Both the position numbers and the translations under genes were made by a program. From assembly GCA_963728825.1 (NCBI GenBank), contig CAVSLA010000004.1, positions 1,664,733-1,728,732 of the forward strand: a DNA stretch of 64,000 nt. Reading direction: 5' to 3'. This document shows positions 10,220 through 19,042 of this stretch, piece after piece (position 1 is the first letter of the stretch; the number at the start of each line of letters is the position of its first letter). The notes under the pieces were generated by a model. The model was not told the DNA's origin. It saw only the letters and a list, made by a program, of their open reading frames with translations, and did not search any database. Origin of the DNA: an uncultured Acidobacteriota bacterium. Lineage in GTDB: Bacteria; Acidobacteriota; Vicinamibacteria; Vicinamibacterales; CAVVIG01.

Positions 10220-10763
10220 TCATCCGGACTTCGCGTTCAACTCGAGCAGTCCCTCCGGCGGCTCGATGACGATTCGCTTACCCGCCGGATCGATGACCCG
10301 GCAGATGCCTGCCGCCAGAGGCACCAGCACTTCGGCTCGACTCTTCGTCGCCACCACGACCAGGCGGCTGCCGCTCATCGTCCCTTCGACGTCGCTGACC
10401 TCACCCACGACGAGGCCATCCACCGTTTCCACTGCGCAGCCGATCAGGTCGTGCCGGTAGAACGTGCCGGGCGGCAGGACCGTGAGCCGGTCGACTGGCA
10501 CGCGGAGCTCGAATCCCGCCAATTCCGACGCGGCGTTCATACTTTCTACGCCGCGCAGGCCAATTACCGGCCGGTCCCGCTGAAACCTGACCGTTGTTAT
10601 CGTCACGAGCTCGGTCCGACCGGATCGGTTGACGAAGAGCTCGGCGCCCGGGTTGGAAGCGCTCACCCGGGAAGTCGGTCTCCAGGTTCACGATCACCTG
10701 CCCGCGGAGGCCGTGCGCCCGGGCGATACGCCCCACCACGGCCATCTCGTCCCAGTCGGGCAC
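10220..10763 (-). pseudogene. rimM: 16S rRNA processing protein RimM; one frame change as sequenced
   Basis: The N-terminus (VGRIARAHGLRGQVIVNLETDFPGERFQPG, ORF 10401..10763) joins AELFVNRSG..PRC-barrel part (ORF 10220..10666). The junction is an extra base in CCCGGG at about 10647-10652. Confidence 0.85.
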
Positions 10764-10805
10764 CTTCGGCGGTTCCTCAGCTCCCAGGCCTCCGACCTCC
10801 AGCTG

Positions 10806-11051
10806 CTACGCCTGGTACGGCGTATCCCGAATCTCCAGCGTGACGGTCTTGCCCTCTTTCTCGCCGGCCGTCGTCGCCAGCGTGCGCAGCGCCGCGGCGG
10901 TCCGTCCCTGCTTGCCGATGACACGCCCGAGTTCCCCGGCGCCGACATACAGCTCGACGAGCGTCGTGCCGCGATGCTGCGACTCCTTGACGCGCACTTC
11001 GTCTGGTCGATCGGTCAGCGCCCGAGCGAGCACCTCGACCACGGCTGCCAC
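10806..11051 (-). CDS. KH-domain RNA-binding protein (YlqC/UPF0109 family)
   Basis: 81 aa with GRVIGKQGRTAAALRTL (GxxG KH motif). Conserved position between rpsP and rimM. The GTG start overlaps the rpsP tail, so the exact start is uncertain. Confidence 0.8.
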   Translation of the reverse strand: MAAVVEVLARALTDRPDEVRVKESQHRGTTLVELYVGAGELGRVIGKQGRTAAALRTLATTAGEKEGKTVTLEIRDTPYQA

Positions 11052-11353
11052 GCCGGTCGCAGAGTCATCGCCCGGCCTGCTCCGTCGGCGGCCGCGGGGG
11101 CTGCCGGCACTGCGGGCGGCGTCAGATGACGCGCGATCAACGTGCGCACCGTGTCGGATGGCTGTGCGCCACGCTTCAGCCAGTAGTCGACGCGATCCTT
11201 GTCGACCTGCACCACCGCCGGTTTGCTGCGTGGATTGTAATGCCCGAGGATTTCGACGAAGCTGCTGTCGCGGGCGGCGCGGGAATCGGTCACCACGACG
11301 CGGAAGAACGGGCGCTTCTTGGATCCCGCCCGTCGAAGGCGAATCGTAACCAT
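11015..11353 (-). CDS. rpsP: 30S ribosomal protein S16 with an Ala/Pro-rich C-terminal tail
   Basis: MVTIRLRRAGSKKRPFFRVVVTDSRAARDS..ILGHYNP. ATG at 11353 (a GTG lies at 11356). The tail may be distorted by an undetected indel. Confidence 0.9.
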   Translation of the reverse strand: MVTIRLRRAGSKKRPFFRVVVTDSRAARDSSFVEILGHYNPRSKPAVVQVDKDRVDYWLKRGAQPSDTVRTLIARHLTPPAVPAAPAAADGAGRAMTLRPAWQPWSRCSLGR

Positions 11354-11410
11354 CACTCTCTCCTCTACACGATTCAGGGCTCGTCCTGAATCGAAGATTC
11401 GCTGCGCGAC

Positions 11411-11464
11411 GGCGCGCCTGAGAGGCGCGCCCTACGTACGTAGGCCGGACCTCTCAGGTCCGGC
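11411..11464. repeat. Inverted pair of REP-like hairpins joined head to head (BIME-like)
   Basis: GGCGCGCC-TGAGA-GGCGCGCC-CTAC-GTAC-GTAG-GCCGGACC-TCTC-AGGTCCGGC. It lies between the ffh stop (11482) and the rpsP start. Confidence 0.8.
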
Positions 11465-11481
11465 GTCGTGAGCGCCGCGGA

Positions 11482-12848
11482 TCAACCGCGGCTGCGCAGC
11501 ATCTGCATCGCCCGGCGCCGGGCCTGTTTCCCGCCGCCGGACAGCCCGGCGATTCCGCCGAGCGACTTCAACATCTTCTGCATCTGGACGAACTGCTTCA
11601 GCAGCCGATTCACCTCCTCGACCGACGTGCCGCTGCCCTTGGCGATCCGCTTGCGCCGGCTGCCGTTGATGATGTGCTGCTTGCGCCGTTCGTCCGGCGT
11701 CATCGAGTTGATGATCGCCTCGATGCGATTCACCTGCTTCTCGTCGGGCTTGTTCTCGGCCAGCGCCTTGATGTTCCCCATCCCGGGCAGCATCCCGACG
11801 ATCTGCTCGAGCGGTCCCATCTTCCGGATCGTCTTCAGCTGATCGCGGAAATCCTCGAGCGTGAACTCGTTGGCCCGGATCTTCTCCTCGAGCCGGCTCG
11901 GCATCCTCCTGGTCGATCGCCGCCTCGGCGCGTTCGATGAGCGACAGCACGTCGCCCATCCCGAGCACCCTGCGAGACGACCCGCTCGGGATGGAACGGC
12001 TCGAGGTCTTCCAGACGCTCGCCGCTGCCGGCAAACGCGATCGGCACGCCGACCACCGACACGACGGACAGCGCCGCGCCGCCGCGCGCGTCGCCGTCGA
12101 GCTTCGTCAGCACGACGCCGGTGACGCCGACGCGCCGGTTGAACTCGCCGGCGCTCTTGATGGCGTCCTGCCCGGTCATCGCATCGGCGACGTAGAGCAG
12201 ATCGGACGGGTCGGTCGCGTCCTTGATCGCGACGAGCTCGTCCATCAGCTCGTCGTCGATGTGCAGCCGTCCCGCCGAGTCGACGATGACGACGTCGAAC
12301 CCCAGATTGGCGGCTTCCGCGACCGCGCTCTTGGCGCGCGCCACCGGATCCATCTGACCCGCCGGATCGTGCACGCGTACCGACGCCTTCTCGGCCGACG
12401 ACGGCGAGCTGCTGAATCGCCGCCGGCCGCTTCACGTCGGTCGACACGAGCAGCGGATGCCGGCCCTGCTTCGTCAGCCACTTCGCCAGCTTGCCCGGCG
12501 GTCGTGGTCTTTCCCGCGCCCTGCAGGCCCAGCAGCAGGATGACGCGCGGTCGCTTGGTCGACGGCTGCAGGCCGCCTTGGGCGTCGCCGAACAGCGCGA
12601 TCATCTCGTCGCGGACGATCTTCACGACCTGCTGCGCCGGCGACAGGCTGCGAAGCACGTCCTGCCCCATCGCCCGGTCGCGCACGCGGTCGATGAACGC
12701 CTTGACGACCTTGAAGTTGACGTCGGCTTCGAGCAGCGCGAGGCGGATCTCGCGCAGCGCCAGCCTCGATTGATTCCGGCGTCAGCCGCGTCTCGCCGCG
12801 CAGCGTCTTGAAGACGTCCTGAAGGCGTGTGCTGAGGGATTCGAACAT
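11482..12848 (-). pseudogene. ffh: Signal recognition particle protein Ffh (SRP54); five frame changes as sequenced
   Basis: Pieces of ORFs 12474..12881, 12245..12685, 11835..12374, 11432..12034 and 11482..12447 join into a full SRP54 (MFESLSTRLQDVF, GLQGAGKTTT, VDSAGRLH, TKLDGDARGG, M-domain MLPGMGN..RRKRIAKGSG). Frame changes lie near 12758, 12492, 12394, 11975 and 11897. The true ATG is at 12848. Confidence 0.9.
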
Positions 12849-12855
12849 GTATCGA

Positions 12856-12879
12856 GTAGGCCGGGTCTTCAGACCCGGC
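12856..12879 (+). repeat. REP-like hairpin with GTAG head
   Basis: GTAG-GCCGGGTC-TTCA-GACCCGGC, 8 nt upstream of the ffh ATG and downstream of ribBA. Confidence 0.75.
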
Positions 12880-12927
12880 ATCTAGCGGACCAGGGCGACG
12901 CTGAAGCTCGCTCTACGCGCAAACGCC

Positions 12928-14184
12928 TTATCTTACACTGACGACAGCTTGTGGCCGAGCTTTTCTTTCTTCGTCTTGAGGTAGCGGCGCGTCGAATCCG
13001 ACGCCGGGATCTCGAGCGGCAGCCACTCGGTGACGGTCAGCCCGTAGCCTTCGATCGCCGACGAGCTTGCGCGGGTTGTTGCTCAGCAGCCGCATCGAGC
13101 GGACGCCGAGCTCGCGCAGGATCTGCACGCCGACGCCGTAGTCGCGCTGATCGGCCTTGAAGCCGAGCCGCTCGTTCGCTTCGACCGTGTCGAACCCTTC
13201 GTCCTGCAGCTCGTAGGCGCGGATCTTGTTCGCCAGGCCGATGCCGCGGCCTTCCTGGTTCAGGTAGAGCAGCACGCCGCGCCCCTCGTTGGCGATCCGC
13301 TCCATCGCCGCATCGAGCTGCGCGCCGCAGTCGCACCGGATCGAATGCAGCACGTCGCCGGTCAGGCACGAGGAGTGGACGCGGACCAGCACGTCCTTGC
13401 CGTCGGTGATGTCGCCGCGCACGAGCGCGACGTGCTCCTGGTTGTCGACGGCGTTCTCGAACACGTGGATGCTGAAATCGCCGAAGCGGGTCGGCAGCTT
13501 CGCCACGGCCGCGCGCTTGACGAGCGATTCGGTGCGGATCCGGTACTTGATCGAGATCGGCAATCGTGATCATCGGCAGGCCGTGCTTGCGCGCGAACTT
13601 CGTCAGCTCCGGCACGCGCGCCATCGTGCCGTCGTCGTTCATGATTTCGCAGATGACGCCGGCGGGATACAGGCCGGCGATGCGCGCCAGATCGACCGCC
13701 GCTTCGGTCTGGCCCGCGCGCACCATGACGCCGCCGGTCCGCGCGCGGAGCGGAAACATGTGGCCGGGGCGCGCCAGGTCGGCTGGCCGCGTGTGCCGGG
13801 TCGATCAGCGTCGAGCACGGTCGCCGCGCGATCGGCCGCCGAGATGCCGGTCGTCGTCCTGCCCTTGGCTTCGACCGGCACGCAGAAGGCCGTGTCGAAG
13901 CGCGCCGTGTTCTGCGACACCATCAGCGGGATGTCGAGCTCGTCGAGCCGCTCCGGCGTCAGCGACAGGCAGATCAGGCCGCGGCCGTACTTCGCCATGA
14001 AGTTGATCGCCTCCGGCGTGATCTTCTCGGCGGCGATCGTCAGGTCGCCTTCGTTCTCACGATCCTCGTCGTCGACGACGATGACCATGCGGCCCGCGCG
14101 AGATGGCCTCGATGGCCTCCTCGATGCGCGCGAACGGCCAGCCTGCCTGCGGGCGCCCTTGGCGATCTGCATTCGGCGTGTCAT
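12928..14184 (-). pseudogene. ribBA: Bifunctional DHBP synthase / GTP cyclohydrolase II; at least six frame changes as sequenced
   Basis: [42 protein letters not shown], then [28 protein letters not shown], spread over ORFs 13639..14238, 13037..13759 and 12928..13563. The ATG at 14184 overlaps the ribE stop. Shifts lie near 14140-14180, 14090, 13812, 13797, 13557 and 13050. The inferred true stop is at 12933. Confidence 0.88.
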
Positions 14185-14780
14185 GGCTTCAATATTAGCT
14201 CGGCGGCTCGGGCGACGTACTTGCCAATCATGTCGCACTCGAGATTGACCCGATCGCCGATCCGGGCGCGTTTCAAATTCGTATGTTCGACGGTGAACGG
14301 CACGAGCTGAACCTCGAACCGGCTGCCGCCGAGGTTGGCCACCGTCAGGCTGATGCCGTCCACGGCAATCGATCCCTTGTGCACGATGTACCGTGCCAGC
14401 TCAGGCGGGAAGCTGACGGCCAGCCAGTGGAAGTCGCTTGCCGGGCTGCAGCGCTTCGATCGTGCCGATCGCGTCGACGTGCCCCTGGACGAAGTGCCCG
14501 CCCATCCGTCCGTCGCCTCGAAGCGGCCGTTCGAGATTGACGAGCAGTGCCAGTGTCCAGCGTCCCGAGCGTTGTCACCCGGAGCGTCTCCGGCCCGACG
14601 TCGGCATGATATCGCGGCCTCGGTCTCGTGCACGACCGTCAGGCAGACGCCGTTGACCGCGAGGCTGTCGCCGAGCTCGAGCTCGGGCGCCAGTTTCGTT
14701 GCGATACCGAGTCGAAGTCCGCCCGGCGAACGCCGGACGTCGACGAGCTCGCCAACCGCTTCAATGAGGCCCGTGAACAT
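14181..14780 (-). pseudogene. ribE: Riboflavin synthase alpha chain; ORF open but its centre is out of frame (three compensating frame changes)
   Basis: MFTGLIEAVG.. and [13 protein letters not shown] are in frame. The expected middle ([20 protein letters not shown]; [32 protein letters not shown]) sits in the two other frames between about 14610 and 14445. Confidence 0.85.
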
Positions 14781-15857
14781 ATCCCTCGATCAGGACGTCC
14801 GGTCCGAGCGGCACGACGCGCCGTTCGACCAGCGCGGTCGTCGAAAAGCGGCAGCTTTCCAGAAACGGCACGCCACCGCCTCCCAGGACGTGAGGCGTGA
14901 CGTACAAGCCGGACGAAATCGACGACGTCTTCCTCCCAGGCCGCCCGGTGGACGGCGGCGCCCCCTTCGAGCAGCAACGAGCTGATGTCGCGCTCGCCCA
15001 GGCAGGCGAGCGCCGCGCGCAGGGTGCCGTCGGCAGCGGTGACGACCGTTGCGCCGCGCGCTTCCAGCGCTGGCGCTGCTCGCCGCGTGCGGACGCAGCA
15101 GCCGTGGTCAGGATGATGACCGGGCCGGCCTCCGGTGTTGAAAGGAGTCGCGCGCCCGGCGGCGTTCGCAGTTCGCGGTCGAAGATCACCCGGGTCAGCG
15201 GACGTTCGCGGTACGCGCCACGCGAGGTGAGCATCGGATCGTCGGCGAGGATCGTCCCGACGCCGACGCCGATCGCATCGATTTCGGCGCGCAGTCGCTG
15301 CGCGTGGCGATCGGCTGCCGCCGAGGTGAGTCGGGTCGGCCGCCCGGCGCTCCGCCGCCATGAACCCGTCCTGGCTGATCGCGGCCTTGAGGATCACGAA
15401 CGGCCGCCGCTCACGCATCAGCGTGAAGAACGGCTGATTGAGCATCGTGGCGGCGTCTCGTCCGGGCCCGACTTCCACCCGGACGCCATGCGCCTCGAGA
15501 AAGGCGAAGCCCCGACCGCTCACGCTTGGGATTGGGATCGACCACCGCGGCGACCACGCGCTGGATGCCCGCCTCGACGATGCGCACGACACATGGGCCG
15601 GTGCGTCCCATGTGGCTGCAGGGCTCGAGCGTCGAGTAGAGCGTTCCGCCGCGGGCGTGCACACCCGCCATGTCGAGCGCGTGCACCTCGGCGTGCGCTT
15701 CGCCCGCCCGGAGGTGATAGCCGTGACCGACGACCACGCCTTCAGCCGAGACGATGACCGCGCCGACCATGGGATTCGGACTGGTCCGTCCGCGGCCTCG
15801 TTGGGCGAGGAACAGCGCACGCGCCATGTAGTCCCGATCGCTCAGCACAGCCTCCAC
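14761..15857 (-). pseudogene. ribD: Riboflavin biosynthesis deaminase/reductase RibD; at least four frame changes as sequenced
   Basis: Deaminase HAEVHAL and EPCSHMGRTGPC, then reductase KAAISQDG, GVGVGTILADDP, LLLEGGAAV, spread over ORFs 15411..15857, 14639..15820 and 14761..15234. Shifts lie near 15527, 15352, 15085 and 14910. GTG start at 15857. Confidence 0.85.
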
Positions 15858-15872
15858 GGTCCTCAGCAGGCT

Positions 15873-16797
15873 TCACCACTTCTCCTCGAACAAGCCATCG
15901 ACGTACTCCTCGGCCGAAAACGGCACCAGATCGTCGATCGCCTCGCCGACGCCCACATAGCGGATCGGCAGCTTGCAAATCGTTGGCGATCGCGACCGCC
16001 ACCCCGCCTTTCGCCGTGCCATCGAGCTTCGTCAGCACGATCCCGTTGACGCCGGCGACGTTGGTGAATTCGCGCGCCTGCGAAAGGCCGTTCTGACCGA
16101 CGGTGGCATCGAGGACCAGCAGCACGTCCTGCGGCGCGCCCGGAACCTCCCGTGCCGCGACGCGCCGGATCTTGTCGAGCTCGTTCATCAGGTTGACGCG
16201 GGTGTGCAGTCGCCCGGCGGTGTCCACCAGCACCGGATCGCGGCCTTTGGCCTTCGCCGATGAAATCGCGTCGAACACGACTGCCGCGGGATCGGCGCCC
16301 TCGCGCGCGCGCACGATATCGACGCCGGCACGGTTCGCCCAGATCTCGAGCTGTTCGACCGCCGCGGCGCGGAACGTGTCGGCCGCGCAAATGATCGGCT
16401 GACGCCCTTCCTTCTTCATTGCATTCGCCAGCTTGCCGACCGTAGTCGTCTTGCCCGTGCCGTTGACGCCGACGATCAGGACGACACGAGGCGCCTCCGA
16501 CACCACGACCGGCGCGTCGACCGCGTCGAAGACGCGACGAATCTCCGCCTTGACGAGGTCGCGAAGGCTTTCACCGCTGCGCGACGCCTTCCGGACCGCT
16601 GCGATGATGCGGTCCGTGGCCGCCATGCCGATGTCTGCGGAAATCAGCAGCTCTTCGAGGGCCTCGAGGGTCTCGACGTCGACCGCGCGCGAGCGACGCT
16701 CGGGCGCGTCCGCCAGGCGGACGATCTCGTCGAATCGCTCGACGATCTGCTCTTTCGTGCGGGTAAGGCTCTCGCGGATCCGGCCGAAGATCCCCAT
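15873..16797 (-). pseudogene. ftsY: Signal recognition particle receptor FtsY; one frame change near the 3' end
   Basis: [27 protein letters not shown]. After an extra base near 15975 the conserved tail [33 protein letters not shown]-stop (TGA 15873-15875) is in another frame. Confidence 0.9.
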
Positions 16798-16810
16798 CCG
16801 GTTGATCTTA

Positions 16811-17806
16811 CTAGTTCTCTGCGCGCTGGCGGCGCAGCATGAGCGCCTCGACCGCCGTCCGGACGTCGGAGTCGCCGGCCAGCACTGCTGCCATCTGTGT
16901 GGTGATCGGCAGCTCGACGCCGTAGCGGGCGCCGAGTGCCAGCGCGGCCTTGGTCGTGTTCACCCCTTCAGCGATCATCTTCATGCCGGCCAGCACGTCG
17001 GCCAGCCGCCGGCCGTGCGCAAGCTCGACGCCGACGTGGCGGTTCCGGCTGAGGGACCCGGTGCAGGTCAGCACGAGGTCGCCGAGTCCGCTCAACCCGG
17101 CGGTCGTCTCGCGCTGAGCGCCCGCCGCGCACGCCAGACGGGTAATCTCCGCGAGCCCCCGGGTAATCAGCGCCGCGAGCGCGTTGCGGCCGAGACCGAG
17201 GCCCTCGACGACGCCGGCCGCAATCGCAATGACGTTTTTCAGCGCGCCGCCAATCTCGACGCCGACCACATCGGTCGACCCGTAGATCCGGAAGAACGGT
17301 CCGCGAAACTCTGATTGAACCAGCTCGGTCGACGGCTCATCGCAGGATGCGGCGAGGACGACCGTGGGCAGCTCGCGCGCGACCTCGATCGCGAAGCTGG
17401 GCCCCGACAGCACCACCACCGGGCGGCTGGCGCCCAGCTCCTCTCTGACGACCTCGGACATGCGGCGCAGGGTGTCGATCTCGAGGCCCTTCGTCGCGCT
17501 GACGATCGGCGTACTGGAGCGGAGATATGGCGCCGCCTGGCGCATCACGGCCCGGCAGCCATGAGAAGGAATCGCCGAGACGATGAGGTCGGCCCCTGCG
17601 ACGGCGTCAGCAAGCGTCGAGGTGACGAGCAGATTGGCCGGAAGCGAGATGTCGGGCAGGTAAATGGCGTTGGCACGGCGCGCGTCGATATCGGCGGCAA
17701 CCGCTGCATCACGAGCCCACAAGCGCACGTCGTGCCCGATGCGGCCGAGATGGACCGCGAGTGCCGTACCCCAGCTGCCTGCCCCGAGGACTCCGATCGT
17801 CCGCAT
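16811..17806 (-). CDS. gpsA: NAD(P)H-dependent glycerol-3-phosphate dehydrogenase
   Basis: MRTIGVLGAGSWGTALA.., SGPSFA, GALKNVIAIAAG. The ATG at 17806 lies one base from the plsY stop. Confidence 0.92.
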   Translation of the reverse strand: MRTIGVLGAGSWGTALAVHLGRIGHDVRLWARDAAVAADIDARRANAIYLPDISLPANLLVTSTLADAVAGADLIVSAIPSHGCRAVMRQAAPYLRSSTPIVSATKGLEIDTLRRMSEVVREELGASRPVVVLSGPSFAIEVARELPTVVLAASCDEPSTELVQSEFRGPFFRIYGSTDVVGVEIGGALKNVIAIAAGVVEGLGLGRNALAALITRGLAEITRLACAAGAQRETTAGLSGLGDLVLTCTGSLSRNRHVGVELAHGRRLADVLAGMKMIAEGVNTTKAALALGARYGVELPITTQMAAVLAGDSDVRTAVEALMLRRQRAEN

Positions 17807-17807
17807 G

Positions 17808-18413
17808 TCAGTGTTCGCGCGACAGACGCAGCCCGACGCGTTGCTCGGTGCCGGCGAGGACACGATGGAGATTCGTCCGATGCCGGATGAGGATCAGCAT
17901 CGAGGCGATGAACGCGACACCCAGCACCGGCATCGGGCTGCCGGTGGCGTAGGCGATTGGCGGCAGCGCGAGCGCCGCAAGTGTCGAACCGACCGAAATG
18001 TAGCGGGTGATCCAGACGCTGCCCAGGAAGACGGCCAGAGCCGGCCCCACCGCGACCGGCGTGAGCACCGTGAACACACCGCACGCCGTGGCCACACCCT
18101 TGCCGCCCCGGAAGCGCAGCCATACTGGAAAGACGTGACCGACAATCGCCGCAAGGCCGGCCGCGGCCGTCACCGCGCCGCCGTCGAAGCGCTGCACGAG
18201 CATCACGCTGCCCGCGCCCTTTGCGATGTCCAGCAGCATCACAGTGACCCCCGCTCGAACGCCTGACGTGCGCAGCACGTTGGCAGCCCCGATGTTCCCG
18301 CTGCCGATCCGCCGGAGATCGCGGGTGCCGAGCCGACGCGCGAGAATCAGCGCAAACGGCACCGATCCGATCAGATACGCGGCAACGATCAGCAGGAACA
18401 CGTTCAGGGACAT
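17808..18413 (-). CDS. plsY: Glycerol-3-phosphate acyltransferase PlsY
   Basis: YLIGSVPFALI.., GSGNIGAANV, FRGGKGVAT. Multi-TM protein. Confidence 0.92.
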   Translation of the reverse strand: MSLNVFLLIVAAYLIGSVPFALILARRLGTRDLRRIGSGNIGAANVLRTSGVRAGVTVMLLDIAKGAGSVMLVQRFDGGAVTAAAGLAAIVGHVFPVWLRFRGGKGVATACGVFTVLTPVAVGPALAVFLGSVWITRYISVGSTLAALALPPIAYATGSPMPVLGVAFIASMLILIRHRTNLHRVLAGTEQRVGLRLSREH

Positions 18414-18964
18414 ACCAGTCGAGCGGCCGACAATCGAGTATAGGACGGTCCCGACGAGGATATCCGACTTTGAAACAAGCTGACGGCTCGGACGTCAATC
18501 CTGGCGATTGCCTGTCGCGACGTCTCGCGCGGTCGGTCCGCTGCCCTGCTCTCGCGCCATCGCCCGAGCGTCAGGTGCGGGCGATAAGGCCTGGCTTCGG
18601 GTAAGACACCGGCCGGCGCGAGACGCCTCGATACGCGGTCGTGCAGTTCGAGGGCCTCTTCTGCCCCCTCGAGCAGGTCGACGAAGAGGGCCCGTGGTGC
18701 GCCCCGCGGCGGAAATGCGCCGATGCCGCCGAACGCGATTTGAAACGGCGGCAGCGGTATGTCGTCTGCCATTGTCCGCGTAATGGCGGCGCCCCGATCC
18801 TCGGGGACTTCGCCGATGAACACAAGCGTCAGATGCAGGTGCTCAGGCTTCACGAGCCGCAGGCGTCCACTCGATCGTCCGAGCGCGGCGACGACCCGCG
18901 TCTGCTCGGCCGCGATCGCCGATCGCGCCCCATCAGAAAGTTCAAGGGCGGTAAACAGACGCAT
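18404..18964 (-). CDS. thpR: RNA 2',3'-cyclic phosphodiesterase (2H family, ThpR/LigT)
   Basis: Two HxTx motifs (HLHLTLVF and PHLTLGRW) at the expected spacing. A strong SD (GGGAGAG) precedes the ATG at 18964. Confidence 0.8.
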   Translation of the reverse strand: MRLFTALELSDGARSAIAAEQTRVVAALGRSSGRLRLVKPEHLHLTLVFIGEVPEDRGAAITRTMADDIPLPPFQIAFGGIGAFPPRGAPRALFVDLLEGAEEALELHDRVSRRLAPAGVLPEARPYRPHLTLGRWRESRAADRPRETSRQAIARIDVRAVSLFQSRISSSGPSYTRLSAARLVCP

Positions 18965-18980
18965 CGCGACTCTCCCTAGC

Positions 18981-19020
18981 TGAGGAACTCAGGAACTGGG
19001 GAACTGAGGAGCCGAGGAAC
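18981..19020. repeat. Five-unit degenerate 8-nt tandem repeat (TGAGGAAC)n
   Basis: TGAGGAAC TCAGGAAC TGGGGAAC TGAGGAGC CGAGGAAC fills the cinA-thpR spacer. Confidence 0.85.
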
Positions 19021-19042
19021 TGTCAAGCTGGCAGTGCGAAAC

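Noticed and set aside
15858-15872. FMN riboswitch upstream of ribD, and a TPP riboswitch upstream of thiE at about 6106-6392
   Set aside because: The ftsY-ribD gap is only 15 nt. The region upstream of thiE is occupied by a hydrophobic ORF and shows no conserved riboswitch core that I can recognise.
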